Origin: Chrysomallon squamiferum
Lineage: Eukaryota; Animalia; Mollusca
DNA: 64,000 bases
Assembly (NCBI GenBank): GCA_012295275.1
Contig: CM022673.1
Location: 5,890,001 to 5,954,000, forward strand
Reading direction: 5' to 3'
Numbering within the stretch: the first letter of the stretch is position 1; every line of letters begins with the position of its first letter. A program made the position numbers and the translations under genes. Below the pieces are notes generated by a model. That model searched no databases and was not told where the DNA came from. It saw only the letters and a list, made by a program, of their open reading frames with translations. Below are positions 15,131-28,306 of this stretch, in pieces.

Positions 15131-15993
15131 GTAACAAATAAAAACAGTAAATGTTTCGTTAACAATTTTAAGACTGCTTAATTGATTTAAGTCACGTTCA
15201 TTCCGTACCATCGTTTTCACACAGGAAGTTATGAGTAATAGCAATGAACATGTGCACGTGCAGCTGCACGAGGTGACCCTTTATTCGAGATTCGTATGAC
15301 TTGATGAGATAAATCGTGACACATCGTTGTATATTTATTTTCTCCTGTTATTTATTTATTTAATTATTTAAATATTTGTTTTATTATTATTATTTTCTAT
15401 AAAATTTATCTTATTTCTTATTCTTCTTTCTTTCTTTTTAAAATTTATTTATTTATCTGTTTTTATTATATTTTCATTTCATTATTTTCATTATATTTAC
15501 CATATAATATGAAATAAAAAATTTCCTAAACAAAATAATCTGATATCTGCCATTTTTGCTTTCTTTGTCTGTGTATCTGTCTACCAGTTATAGCATAATT
15601 GTGGTCATATATGATACGGTCAGAAACAATAAATGTTATAAATTAACGACATGTTATTAATTTATCAAATATCACATAATTTATCAAATAAAAAAAACCA
15701 ACAATAAAATTAAAACAATTTTAATTTTACACATAATCAATACGGTTAACGACCAAGTCACTTTAACAGGAGAGGACCATAAGATATCTAGTTTCTAGTC
15801 GTTAGGAAAATATCATCTTTCAACAAACCACATCGATTAGCCCCAACAAGTGGAGCTACACAAATCGTCTAAAATTTCAACATCAACATAACATTTCCAG
15901 ATTTTCAAGTTTTAACAGGTGTGGTCACTTCAGAAAGAAGAAATTGGAATCATCCTAAAATTGATGATGATGATGGTGCTGATAATGATAATA

Positions 15994-16032
<39 letters not shown>

Positions 16033-16502
16033 TTTACTTTTTCTTCTTCAAAATTATCAGTGAGAAGTATTAATATAAAAATGTTTTAAAATACGATCCT
16101 TTTTCTTTTGATAAATATATATGTATGTCTGAGTTTTATTAACTGTATGTCTGTATGTTAATTCTGAGCATGTGTATAAATATCCAAAAATACTTTTAAA
16201 AGTTGATTTTATCTAATATTACTAATTTAATTATATTTAGATAAATTATTCTCTCTTTTTCACCCTGCCAAGATTATTCGAATGCACGAACAGGCAGTAG
16301 CATTCGAACCCAAACTGTAAACCTGTTCAAAAAAAAAAAAAAAAAAGTATACACCGTGTTATTTTACTTCCACGATATAATAACATAAATACTATTTCAA
16401 ACTTTCTACGTATTAAATTATCAAATTATCATCTCTTTTTAAAACTATCGTGATTACTTCCATACATAAACGAACCCACGAACAACCAGTCATAAAATCA
16501 CA

Positions 16503-16537
<35 letters not shown>

Positions 16538-16559
16538 ATAGACGAAACCACCCATTGTT

Positions 16560-16940
16560 ACCATCCACCCGTTTTAATCCTGAAGCTGCCCCTTTTATTC
16601 CTAACGACCACCGACAAAGCCTGCCCGACCCAGCGGGCTCGCAAAACGACGGACGCGATAGCCAGAGACAAGAGATCGCGGAAAGTCTGCCAGTCAACCA
16701 ACAGGCCCTGCCTGCCTGCCTGTCACTGAGACATTTTGTCAACGGCTTTATCCTCCACGACAGCGGCAAACACCAGCGCCCGACCTGTGGCGTCCACGCG
16801 CGATATGAGAAATATTACGATATGATTGGCCAGTGGGCGTGGCTTCACCACGTGTCTGGTGTTGATAAAACGTCTGCGTGTTGGCGAGTGTGTAAAGACA
16901 GGCACGCGACAGAACGTGCTGTTTTCGTCACACGTACCTT
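16560..16940 (+). promoter_or_regulatory. CpG-rich proximal promoter of Ptf1a
   Basis: GC/CpG island 270-650 bp upstream of the ATG, with inverted CCAAT (ATTGG 16825), GC/KLF box GGGCGTGGC (16835), CACGTG (16849), TATA-like GATAAAA (16864) and GGCACGCG (16901). Possible 5'UTR intron 16934-17044. Confidence 0.6.
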
Positions 16941-17207
16941 TTTTAAAAAAATAATAAATAAATAACAATATAAATTATACTTATTTTACATAAATATACT
17001 ATTTATTTATTTTTTTTTAAATTTTTAAATTTTTCATTTCTCAGTGCCGAATGGACTAGAGTTTCGTATATCATCTGAAATTTTGATTTTTTTTTTATTA
17101 TTAACCAGGACAACGAATTTTTGAAATTTTCGTTAGCTTTCTGAAGAAGGACGAAAGTAATCACAGAATTAATATTTGTTGTTCGGGAAAGTTTTACAAC
17201 ATCGACC

Positions 17208-18209
17208 ATGATGATGGACGGTTTCCTATATTCCCTGGAGGACGATTTCCTGGATTTCTGTGATCCGCTGGATTACACGGACGAACTGGATTCGACGTGC
17301 TCCAATGAATCGGACCAGGAGAACCACGTTCAGAACATTCCGATCGATCCTTCGAACCCTCCCGTGAAAAAAATTCAGCAGCGTAAAGCGGCCAACATGA
17401 GGGAACGCCGGCGCATGAAATCCATCAACGACGCGTTCGAGCATCTCCGCACGTGCATTCCGGCCACCGTGAACAACGACCGCAGACTGTCGAAAGTGGA
17501 CACCCTCAGACTGGCGATTCGCTACATCAGCCACCTCTCCGACATGGTGAAAAGCTGCAACGGTTTCGGGAATAATTCCAGGTTCGCGAAGAACGATAAG
17601 CCGCAGGAGAAAGTTGTTCTGAGATGTCATTTTGCAGGTAATTTCCGTTAATGACTTATTATCGTAATCAGTAACTGTGGAAATCTCCAAATTTCTGTGT
17701 GTCTGTTTGTCTGTATATTATTTATCTATCCCTCTACCTTTCTGTTTCTTTTTCATCTCGCTGGTAGTTTTTCTCTAGATATATTGTTGTTTTTTTTTGT
17801 TTTTTTTTGTATTTGTCGGTTCGTCCGTCTGACTGTCTATATATGTAGTTTCGTAATTCTTTTACTTTTTATTTATTAATTTATTTATTATTATTTTATA
17901 TGTTTATTTATTCATTTATTTTATTTTATTTTATTATTTATTTATACTATAATTATTTTATTTTTATTTTATTTTATTTTATTTTATTTATTTATGTATT
18001 TATGTATTTATTTATTTATTTCAGATTTCTGTAATAACGGACTGGAGAACGACTCGGCGCTCATTGGTCATTCTCTTTCTTGGTGCGACACGAAGTTAGA
18101 ACAAAAGTGTCCAGAAAACAGACATTCTGCCAAAGTGTGGATTCCTGAAAATCCTACAGAATCAGACTTTATCAACCTCTCCAGCTATGCCGGGGAATAC
18201 ACCTCCTGA
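17208..18209 (+). CDS. Ptf1a: Ptf1a/Fer1-family bHLH transcription factor, 2 exons (17208-17637, 18025-18209), 204 aa
   Basis: b[27 protein letters not shown]...[18 protein letters not shown] matches the Ptf1a family; acidic N-terminus. Phase-1 intron GCAG|GTAATT...TTTCAG|AT joins in frame to exon 2, which carries the Ptf1a-diagnostic motifs HSLSW (C1) and KVWIPENP (C2). 430+185=615 nt including stop. Confidence 0.93.
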
Positions 18210-18702
18210 TGCAACTAACAGAAGAAAAGAAAAAAATCATCAAATAAATCTTTGAGAAACGTGTGCCAAACAGTATCTTCTTCCATTAAGTGAGAGAACA
18301 AGAGTAGAAAAGTGTCATAAGACTGAGTCTAATTTTTTTTTTTTTTTTTTTTTTACATAACGTGACTGCTGTTTCTACTTTGTGGTTAAGTAGTTCGTTC
18401 GTGTATAAATTACGGTTTATTTTAATTTGTGCATAAACCGTAGTTTATGTCGATTTGTACAAGTTTAGAAATACGTAATTATTACAGATATTCAAATTTA
18501 ACAAAGATATAATTCCACGTAGAAGAACTTTAACTTGCTGGTCGAGTTAAACATTTTAAAATTATCTTGAATAATGTAATATTTTTATTTATTTATTTTT
18601 ATTATTATTATTATTATTATTTTCCCCACATTTTTAATTGGTATTATTGTCAGTTCTGTTACTGTTCGTTTTTTGTGATTATTATTTTATTTATTTATTT
18701 GT

Positions 18703-18745
<43 letters not shown>

Positions 18746-19422
18746 TGTTTTGTCATTATATTCATTATAATTATCAAAATATTCACCCATCATTGTTATT
18801 CGTTGTTTTATCGTTTTTCTCTGATAAAATAAACGTTTATTTTTTTATTTAACAAAAAATAATATATTCAAAATGCATGTATATATATATATGTATGAAG
18901 TGATTTATGAAATAATGACAAAATCATAATACGATGAAGGAAAAACAGAGAAAGGATAGACAGTAAATGAATGAATGAAAGAACGAATGAGTGGGCTGAT
19001 GGATGGAGAGATGGAAGGACAAATTGAGAATGTTAATTGTGATAGAATCAAAACGTTCATGTAAACCTAAAACGAGAAGTTTGTGTGCCTTATTAAAAAT
19101 ATTATATATTATTTTTCTAAAGACTGTTTCAGAATAAAACTATTTTATATCACTTATTTTGTTTGTCTTGTTCGTTATTAAAATTATCATTCATAATAGG
19201 TATTTTTAAGAAGACGTCAGTACTGTTGTCATTTGGGCTGTTCTCGGATCAACAATCGAGTTACAGAACTGTTGAGATGTGAAATTCATTTGTGTGTGTT
19301 TTCTTTGTAGTAATGATCAAATAATCAGTATAAGTAAACAATTGTTGATGATGGGGGTAATTTTTGTCATAGAGGTTGTTTTTTGTTTGTTTTGTTTTGT
19401 TTTGTTTTATTTTATTTTATTG

Positions 19423-19481
<59 letters not shown>

Positions 19482-20634
19482 TTTTTTTTTTTTTTTTTAT
19501 TTTTTTTTTTTTAGCCTCACGTAAAACCAAAATATTAAAGAAAGAAAGAAAGTTATAATGAAAAAAAATAGCCGTTAATTTCAAATTCAGTTCAAGCAGA
19601 ACAGATGATTATAGCAGCACATAAAATGTTTTTCATCTTTCTGATTATAACTGAAAGGTTTCTTTGGACCAAAGCACAAAAATAAACTAAAAAATATAAC
19701 AGAACAATTCCAAATAAAACTAAAACTAAATTAAATTAATAATAAAGTAAAATGAAATGAAAATAATAATGATATAAAATAAAATTTAAAAAAATAAAAT
19801 AATGCTGAATACAATAAAATTAAACTAAACAATTAATTAAATATTAAAAGTAAAAATTAAAATATCACATTGTCGTGCTTTGTGTTTCGTTTTAATTTTT
19901 CTTTTTGTTTTCATTTTCCTTTTTCTTCTATTTTGTGTGATTGCTGGCTTTATTTTATATTTTAGTATTGCTTTCGGCAACAGTTAGTGTTACTAAAAAC
20001 TAAAATTATGTTTATAAATACACAGAAAGGAAGGAAAGAAAATTAAACAAGATTTGTAGTTATAAAAAAGATTTCCAGATACAGACATTTATAACATAAG
20101 ATACGTTACCGTGTATTCAAATTACTGTAGTAATAAATATTAAATAATGTAGAAACAGTTTCTGAATACGCTAATGTAAAACACATGCACGCGTACACAT
20201 AATCACAGACATACACCAGTATATTCACATTCAGTTCATAGACATCCACAAACAGAGAGAGAAACAAACATAAACAACACAGATACCATACACATGCAAC
20301 ACACACTCATATAAAGCGTATATTAAACGTTTTTAAGATTATAAATACAAAATGTTACAATCTTTATCATACAGTCGCGTATATAAAATAATTTAATATT
20401 TGTAGGTAAATGCGTTTTTATAAGTATGAATGTATGTTTATTTGATATTTATTTACGCATCATCATCTATGAATTTAATCTTAGTAAATAAAATAATAAT
20501 TGTGTTTGTGTGTGTGTGTTCTAAAATGACCTTAAAAAAGCTAGAATTACTGAAACTTTAGGCGAAGATAACAAAATTATTTTACTTACCGTTAATTCTA
20601 TGTTTTATCTCACTTGTCATGTTATTGTACCTGA

Positions 20635-20648
20635 GTTGCCATGGAAAC
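20635..20648. promoter_or_regulatory. RFX X-box
   Basis: GTTGCCATGGAAAC, an exact match to GTHNYYATRRNAAC, lying between the convergent 3' ends of Ptf1a and FoxQ2. Confidence 0.5.
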
Positions 20649-21126
20649 CGAGTCGAGTGGACACGATTTTTCTTATCGATGAGAACGTCGCAGGTGACAT
20701 ACAGGTACTACGACAACAACCTACGTTAATTTCTACGCAAATGGTTATATTAAATTTACCTGCGATAACCCAAACACAGTGTCGTAATCATAACTGATTA
20801 TGAGAATCGTCAATAATGCTCTGCTGCTTAGCATAAATCCTTAATCCGTGTACAGAAAGACAGGCAGAAATCGGACAAATAATTTAGGAAATTTTATTTA
20901 GGCCAAACATAAATAAAATTAAAATTAAATTAAAATGTAAGTTATTCATTTAAAGAAAATTTAATTACTTGTAAGTTTACTAATATGGCTACTTTAATTG
21001 ATTTTTTTTTTTTTTTTTAATTTCTTACTTTCATTATTTCCTTCGTTGTTAATGGATTGCATCAGTTCAGCAAACTTTTACAGTTTATACGACTTTCTGC
21101 TAGCCTTTGCCTATGACTAAAGAACC

Positions 21127-21204
<78 letters not shown>

Positions 21205-22536
21205 AAAAAAAACTCATAGAGGAAAGACGCAAAAAAGAAAAACGGAAAGAGACAGAAAGAAAGAACTGGTATATAAGCATAATATATGTCACATACTTAA
21301 ATATATCTTATACAGAACTGTATGGTCGGATGGCACTGAATAAAAAAAAAAAAAAATTATTATTATTCGAAATGAACACAAAGGTCCACTCTCAAAGTAA
21401 CAAAACACTTAATGATACACCTTTTGGTCATTTTCCACGTTGTCTTTCTACTGACCCGTGCATGCTTCTTTTCTGGACAAGATTTTAACGACGTAGATTA
21501 AAAGCGCGACATGTGAATCCTCTCACTCGACAAAGAGAAAAAGACAGAAGAAGCCTCAACAGGCGAAAAGAATTCGCAACAAAAGAGGCTAATATTATTA
21601 TCAAAAGTTGCGGTTTACATCCTTTCAATTAACCCGTGAATATCTGATGGTCTAGTAACATGGAATTAACAGGGGGGAGGGGGGGGAGGCCTCGCGACAC
21701 GCGCTGGAGGCACGCGCACTGCTGAAGGGAGAGAGAGAAAAGAAAAAGAAAAAAAGAATAAAAAAGCAGACGACTAACTAAAAACTAAATCTGAGTGTGT
21801 GTTAGTTTCTGTGAATGAACATTGTTGGCCGTTGGGCCAATTATCATCATTTCTAAAATCATAGGGACCGCCGGCGAGTTTGGGTTTACTTTTCTGTACA
21901 AGTTTGTTAGATGCAGGCAGCTGCATCGGTCAGGCATATAGGGTCAGACATTAAACAAACAGCGGTCGTTCTATACCTGCCAAATTTCTTTGACCGTCCC
22001 ACAATATGGGTCGTATGGCACTTCGGCCGTTTCCGTCATTTTCAATTCATGGCCCCTTTAATCAGGCGGACCGTTCTGTACATAATTCTGTCTAACCTAT
22101 TTACACACATAACAAACCTTGTTATTATTGGAAAAATTCCCGATTTTTATTTATGTTTATAGTTCTGATGTTCCTTCGTTCCTTGCCACTTGAGGACGTA
22201 TCGGAAAAACTTCGTACTGGGGTTCTCATTTTAAACAAAGCTTAAAGGTCCTTTGATATGGCACTGTCAAAAGCAAATGCGCGTTTATCACTTGTGTGGC
22301 ATATCCCATTTTGTCACCGTTCTGTTTGTTGTTAAATATTCATTAGAAGTAATGGATAAAGAGATATTTGTTTCCCCTCTTGCGATGAAAATAATTACGT
22401 CATCATACGAGTCATGCCGAGCACTCGCGAAAACATTTGTATGTGGTAATAATTACTTCTGCGGTTTTATTGTTGTTTTTGTTGTCTTTGTTATTATTAC
22501 TACTACTGCTATTATTTTTATTATTATTATTATTAA

Positions 22537-22567
<31 letters not shown>

Positions 22568-24871
22568 GTTGTTGTTGTTGTTATTATTATTTTAATTGTT
22601 TTGTTGTTGTTGTTAGATAATGATGATGATGATGATGATGAAAGATGATGGTTATTGTTGTTGTTATATCCTTCATTAAGTATTTAACTCACAGTTTTGT
22701 TTTTAATGCAATAATATATTTTCTTTTTTTCTTATCATGTAATTTACAATAAATGAATGAATGAATAAATAATAAACAATTAAACAAACAAACAAATAAA
22801 TAAATAAATTGTCGTCACAATGTTATTAATTAGATAGTTTTATTTGATTATTTTATATATTTGTTTGTTTAACTGCATGATGTTCTAATTGTTTCATAAT
22901 ATGTTTCTTGTTTAGAAAGAGCGCAGATAAAAGTTATCACCAGACGAAATTATAATTATTAAAAAAAACTATTTTGTAGTTATCACAAGTTTTTTTTTTT
23001 TTTTTTTTTTTTGACAGTCTTTCAAAAAAAAAAATTTAAAAATTTAAAAATTAATTAAAATAATTTCATTTATTTCTAACAGTATAGAATATTTACGCTG
23101 ATAATATAAAAAAATAATAATAATAAAAAATAATAAAAATGCATTTAAAATACATTTTAGCATTTTCATTACGGTCACTTCATCTCAAAAGAAAACAACG
23201 CGAAATTATATTAAATATTTTTATAAATTGGTATTAAATGCTTGCATAGATTCAGCATCTAATAAATGAAATAATTCAAGGAAATACAATACGATATCGC
23301 GGAGGCTGGTTTTGACTTAACTGTTATGAGTTGGGCGTCTGCTTTGGAAATGTCAACGAAGTTGAAACATAGTAACAGCAGTATTCTCTGTACTTGCGAA
23401 AATTAAATTTCTTTTGCTCGGGTCAGTAAGCACTGTGAATCCACAAAGGGTTAAAGATGTCTCTTAATGCTTTCCTTGCCTCGAATCAAGGGAATGGTCT
23501 TACTGTCAAGCATATGTCTTCGGCCTTGGCGTTATCAAACACAAAACAAACAAACCAAAAAGAGAGAGAGAGAGGGAGTAGAACTGTAGGATTTTTTCAC
23601 CTGATTAAGCTAAGCTTCTGCTTCATTCATAAGTGTAAACAATAAAAACAGAGGAAAGAATCTGTTGCAGCAATACAAAGGTCAATATTGGAGTTAGTCC
23701 GATGGACGCATTCAAAAGAGCCGTGGCTGATGTCTGGTTTGAGAAAGAAGGTGAAAAAAGGAGGTTTTGTACCGTGCGGTTTTTTTCATATTGTAATTGT
23801 TTCTTTAATCGATAGAGTTGGAGAATTTTAAAAAAAAAATATATTATAAAAAATGTGGCTTTTTTCAACTATTTCTTTTTCACTCACAGTCAAATTAAAT
23901 ACTATCACAGCTATTTATCAAAAAAAAAAAAAAAAAAAAAAAACAAAGTATTCTCTCACAAATATCGTTTTTGTACTTTTTTCTTTTCACCCACATATTA
24001 AAAATTTATCTTAGTTGTTTATCGAAAGATGTTCCAATAAAAACTGCAGGACTATTAGCAGTGTGAAAAAAGATTTGGAACTTAATAGTTAATAGCTTAT
24101 TTATAAACCGAACCAAGTAATCTGACAGTGAATACGATAGTCATAAAATTTAACTTTAAAACGGTATTTTGTTAAAGTGAAAACATGCAGAATTTGATTT
24201 ATGTTTCGAAACTAACATTTATTTCTGGCGATTAAGATAATGTTTCTGCGTCAGTGATTATATTAATGGAAAATATTTCTGTATTTTTCTTTCACTTGGA
24301 TGTCACCATATGTGAATAATACAGTGTGAAATTAACGAATGTGGTAATCGTATTTTGAAAAAAGTTTCTACGAATGTTCCTTTATGAATAATAAAATACA
24401 AATAAAAATACATCTGGAAACAATAATTTTATTTTCAACATGATAGTATTGAACAATAAATAAATAAACAATTAAAAAATAAAATAAAAAAATAAATGGA
24501 TAAATAAAAAAATACATAAATGAATTAAATATAACATATAAATAAATAAACAATAAAAAAATAAAATAAATAAATAAATGTATAAAAAAAAAAAAAATGA
24601 ATGAATTAAATATAACATATAAATAAATAATTACTAATTTAAATAGTTTTGAACATAATTTTCATATCATTGATATCAAAGTTTCTAAAGCTTGTTTTAT
24701 TATTATTATTATCATTACTTTTTCTTTTTTAATTCTATAGCTGTCAGAAGAACCTTTCCAAAATACATACATACATACATACATACATACATAAATGAAT
24801 ATATAAATAAATAAATAAATAAATAATAAACAGTAGTAGTAGCTGTCTATTACTATTATTATAAAAGTTAT

Positions 24872-25573
24872 TTATTTTATATCTGCCAAGTCTCCGCTAA
24901 CTCGTTTACGTCGTCGCCCAACAGTAGACAACACACTGGCGCCGAAATGTTCTATCAGGTAACTACTGGAAACGGTCGTACACGTCATGACGGCGTAACC
25001 GTGCTGTGACGTCAGAGTATCGCAACAGTTCCGGGAATCGCAGCCGTTCGTCTCGTCTGCGAAGAACTGGGCCAGTTCGTCGCATTTCTTTACCAACCTC
25101 CTCGCGTGACGTCGTCGGTAGTCTCCCTTTGCGAAGTCGTCTCGATTGGCGGCGTGAATTCCCCAGTAGTGTCCCTTTCCGCTGTCGCAACGACCGCATT
25201 TGATGAAACATTCGTTGAGCGACAGATTGTGACGCACGCTGTTGCGCCAGCTGCGATTGGCCATTTTGAAAGACGGGTAGTTGTTTACGATCCACTCGTA
25301 GATATCAGACAGCAGCATCCTCTTGTTTGGGTTGCTCTGAATGGCTCTCGAAATCAGTGCTATGTACGATAAATGAGGTTTCGGAAATAAATTCTTTTTC
25401 GCGGCTTTCGTTTCTGCCAATTCCATTTCGCTTTTAACATACAGTTCCTTCCCCTCCGCTTTCGCTGCTTCGGTTTTCTTCTCTGTTGTAGTAACACCGT
25501 TCGCCCGTCTGGACAGATAGGAATTATTAATGTGTCCAACAACGTCTGACTTTTCCACTTTTATCGTCTGCAT
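24872..25573 (-). CDS. FoxQ2: FoxQ2-family forkhead transcription factor, intronless, 233 aa
   Basis: Complete forkhead domain KPHLSYIALIS...SWRNSVRHNLSLNECFIKCGRCDSGKGHYWGIHAANRDDFAKGDYRRRHARR. The GKGxYWxIHxAxxxDFxKGDxRRR wing is characteristic of FoxQ2. TATA box just upstream. Exact paralog not resolvable without a tree. Confidence 0.88.
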   Translation of the reverse strand: MQTIKVEKSDVVGHINNSYLSRRANGVTTTEKKTEAAKAEGKELYVKSEMELAETKAAKKNLFPKPHLSYIALISRAIQSNPNKRMLLSDIYEWIVNNYPSFKMANRSWRNSVRHNLSLNECFIKCGRCDSGKGHYWGIHAANRDDFAKGDYRRRHARRLVKKCDELAQFFADETNGCDSRNCCDTLTSQHGYAVMTCTTVSSSYLIEHFGASVLSTVGRRRKRVSGDLADIK

Positions 25574-25639
25574 GTTGCTTTCTACAATCTACTACCTGTT
25601 CTTGCTTAAGAGGCAAACGACTAATGCTTCCCTTAATTG

Positions 25640-26030
25640 TCAGCTTTCTCTTATATACCACTGACGTTTTATTTCTGGTTACGATGTATCATTACGGTTC
25701 CCACAGTGTCATATTTAATTGCATAATGACAGTGTAACGAAAACAATTTAGTTATCGGTGCCAGTAACCATGTTGCATGATGCTGACGAAAACACTGTCA
25801 CGCGAACTGTTGTAGGAATCTGACTGGCAATTGGTGGTATAAACAAATACATTCTGAACGTGTGAGAAGCAAGTAGGAGCCGCTCTGCAGAAAGCGCAGC
25901 ACCACTAGGATTTACAGTGTAGTTTTCACGCTTAATTCACCGTTGTTTTTGTTTGTGTTACGCTTATAGGTGAATGGCGTGTTACATATTCAGGATAAGT
26001 AACAGTCACAAATGTTTATGTAAACACGGC
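25640..26030 (-). promoter_or_regulatory. FoxQ2 promoter with TATA box, two Su(H)/RBPJ sites and paired Fox sites
   Basis: TATATAAG on minus strand at 25650-25657, about 77 nt before the ATG; YGTGRGAA matches at 25698-25705 (-) and 25861-25868 (+); TGTTTATGTAAACA at 26013-26026. Confidence 0.6.
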
Positions 26031-26714
26031 AAATCAACCGGGTTTAAAAAGCATATTTAGATGCATGTATACATAATTTCAGTTAATTAAAAACTGTAAT
26101 ATCTGTAATAACTTATATATATAATTATTGTAGTAGAAATAGTAGTTGTAGCAGCAAAAGCGGCATTAGTAACACAGGTTGTAGGTGTTGTTGTAGTAGT
26201 AGTAGTACTAGTAATAACAATAATAGTAGCTGTAATTGTGGATTAGAGATTATGGTGATGATATTTGTACCAGTGGTAGTCGTAGTAGTAGCAGCGCCAG
26301 CAGTAGTTGAAAAAAAATTGCTCTAGAAGTAGTAGAAACCGTTTTAGAAGCCGCCTGTTATAGATTATCTTTAAGAACAATGTCATCATTTAATGAAACT
26401 CTTCACTGGTTTCGAACACAGTACCGTCGGCTCGCGAAGACATTTGACCTCTGACAGAGTTATCTATGAGCGCTGATTTGCTACTCATCCCATTTGTAAA
26501 TCAGGGCTGTTTATGGCGTGATTGTTAAAATGTGACGCCAAGTACTCTTAAACCAGTCTCTGCATTTCCGTTTGGAAAATTCAACAAACAAATATTAGCA
26601 GAGAAGATAATTTCTTTATCGTTTTCTTTTTGGAGAAGATAGCACACAAGCTAATATACTTTTATATTTTAAAACAAAATGTTTATTTTTTTTTTTAAAT
26701 TATTATTATTGTTG

Positions 26715-26785
<71 letters not shown>

Positions 26786-28263
26786 GCTATTGATGTATAG
26801 ATTTATTTCAACTTATTATTGTTGTCGACATCATCATCATCGTTATTTTTATTATTATTGTTATTATTACTATTATTATCATGATCATCACAAAAAATAA
26901 ATAAATATATAACCGTTAAAAAAAATGAAATAAAAAAATTCAAAAAGAATTAAAAGCAAAATAGTTTCATACTAATATTTGTTCATATATATATATATAT
27001 ATTAATATTTAGAAAATATTAGGAACAATTGAGAGAAACGGCAGTAACAGTATAAAAATTTATTTTCCAAACTAAATAAAATAAAATAAAGTAAAATTCA
27101 AATTAAAAAAAAAAAAACAACGAAAAACAAAATACAAAAAACTAAAAACTAAAAACTAAAAACTAAAAATTAAAAACTGAAAACTAAAAACTAAACGAAA
27201 CGAAAGGTCAACTGTAAGTTACTTATATGTAAGCAGACGATAACTTCTATTAAATATTAGAAAATGTCGTGCACCTGGTTGCTTGACCTTTGTACGAAAA
27301 GTCGAGACGATGTGACGGTTCTGTAGACGAAAATGTTTATTTTACTGTACCGAGTGATCGCGCAAATTATTACAAATTCTTCTGCGCTCCAACAGTTGTC
27401 AATAACGTGCAATTGTCGTGAGTACATTTACTACACAAATTTTATGGATGACTAGCAGACGACTTGTACAAAATTACTTCGTCATCAAATATTCAGAAAC
27501 TGACACGGGCGCCATATTCAGTAAATATCTACGTGTTCGCTTTTACCGCGACATATTTCAGGTAATTATTAAACCCCGGCAAAAATGTATTTACTAAGTT
27601 GGTTATTTTTGTGTGTTTGTTTGACTGTCGATCGAACTATATAGCTGTCATTCGGTGGGTCTGTCTCTCCGATTGTCTGTCTGCTTGTATGTCAAATATT
27701 GTATGTCTATTTAGGTATGTCTGTTTGTGTTTGTGTGGGTGGGTATATGTATGTCTGTTTGTGTGTGTGTGTGTGTGTATGTGTATGTACGTACGTATGG
27801 ATATATATATATATCTGTTTTTCTAATTTTCCATCTGTTTTAACTAATTACTTTATTATTAATGGTAGTAGTAGTAGTAGTAGCAGAAAGAGTAGTAATA
27901 ATAGTAGTGGTTGTAATAGTAATAGCAGTAGCAATAGCGGTAGTACAGGTAACAGTAGTAGTAGTACTGGTAGTAGTAGTGTAGTAGAAAGAATAGTAGT
28001 AATAGTAGTTGTTTTAATAGTAATAGCAGTAGTAAAAGTAATAGTAGTAGTAGTAGTAGTGGCAGTAGTAGTAGAAGTAGTAGAAGAGTATAATGCTAGT
28101 AGTAATAGTAACAGTGGTAGTAGAGCAGTACTAGTAATAACAGTAATAGTAGTAGTAGTGGTACTGGTAATGGTTGTAACGGTAATTTTTCCAAAAATTT
28201 ATCGATTAATAATTTTTGTAGGTCAACATAATACATCTCAGTTAATAATTTTTCCGTAGAAAA

Positions 28264-28306
<43 letters not shown>

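Noticed and set aside
16450-16965. 171-aa ORF upstream of Ptf1a
   Set aside because: Starts at GTG, runs through (CA)n and poly-A, has no domain, and coincides with the GC-rich promoter where stops are rare.
17226-17690. 154-aa antisense ORF over Ptf1a exon 1
   Set aside because: Shadow frame of a GC3-rich CDS.
24963-25542. Alternative-frame and antisense ORFs within FoxQ2
   Set aside because: Shadow frames without recognisable motifs.
25698-25868. Su(H) paired site (SPS) or PTF1 E-box plus TC-box composite
   Set aside because: The two Su(H) sites are about 155 bp apart (SPS needs about 15-17), and no CANNTG lies one or two helical turns from either.
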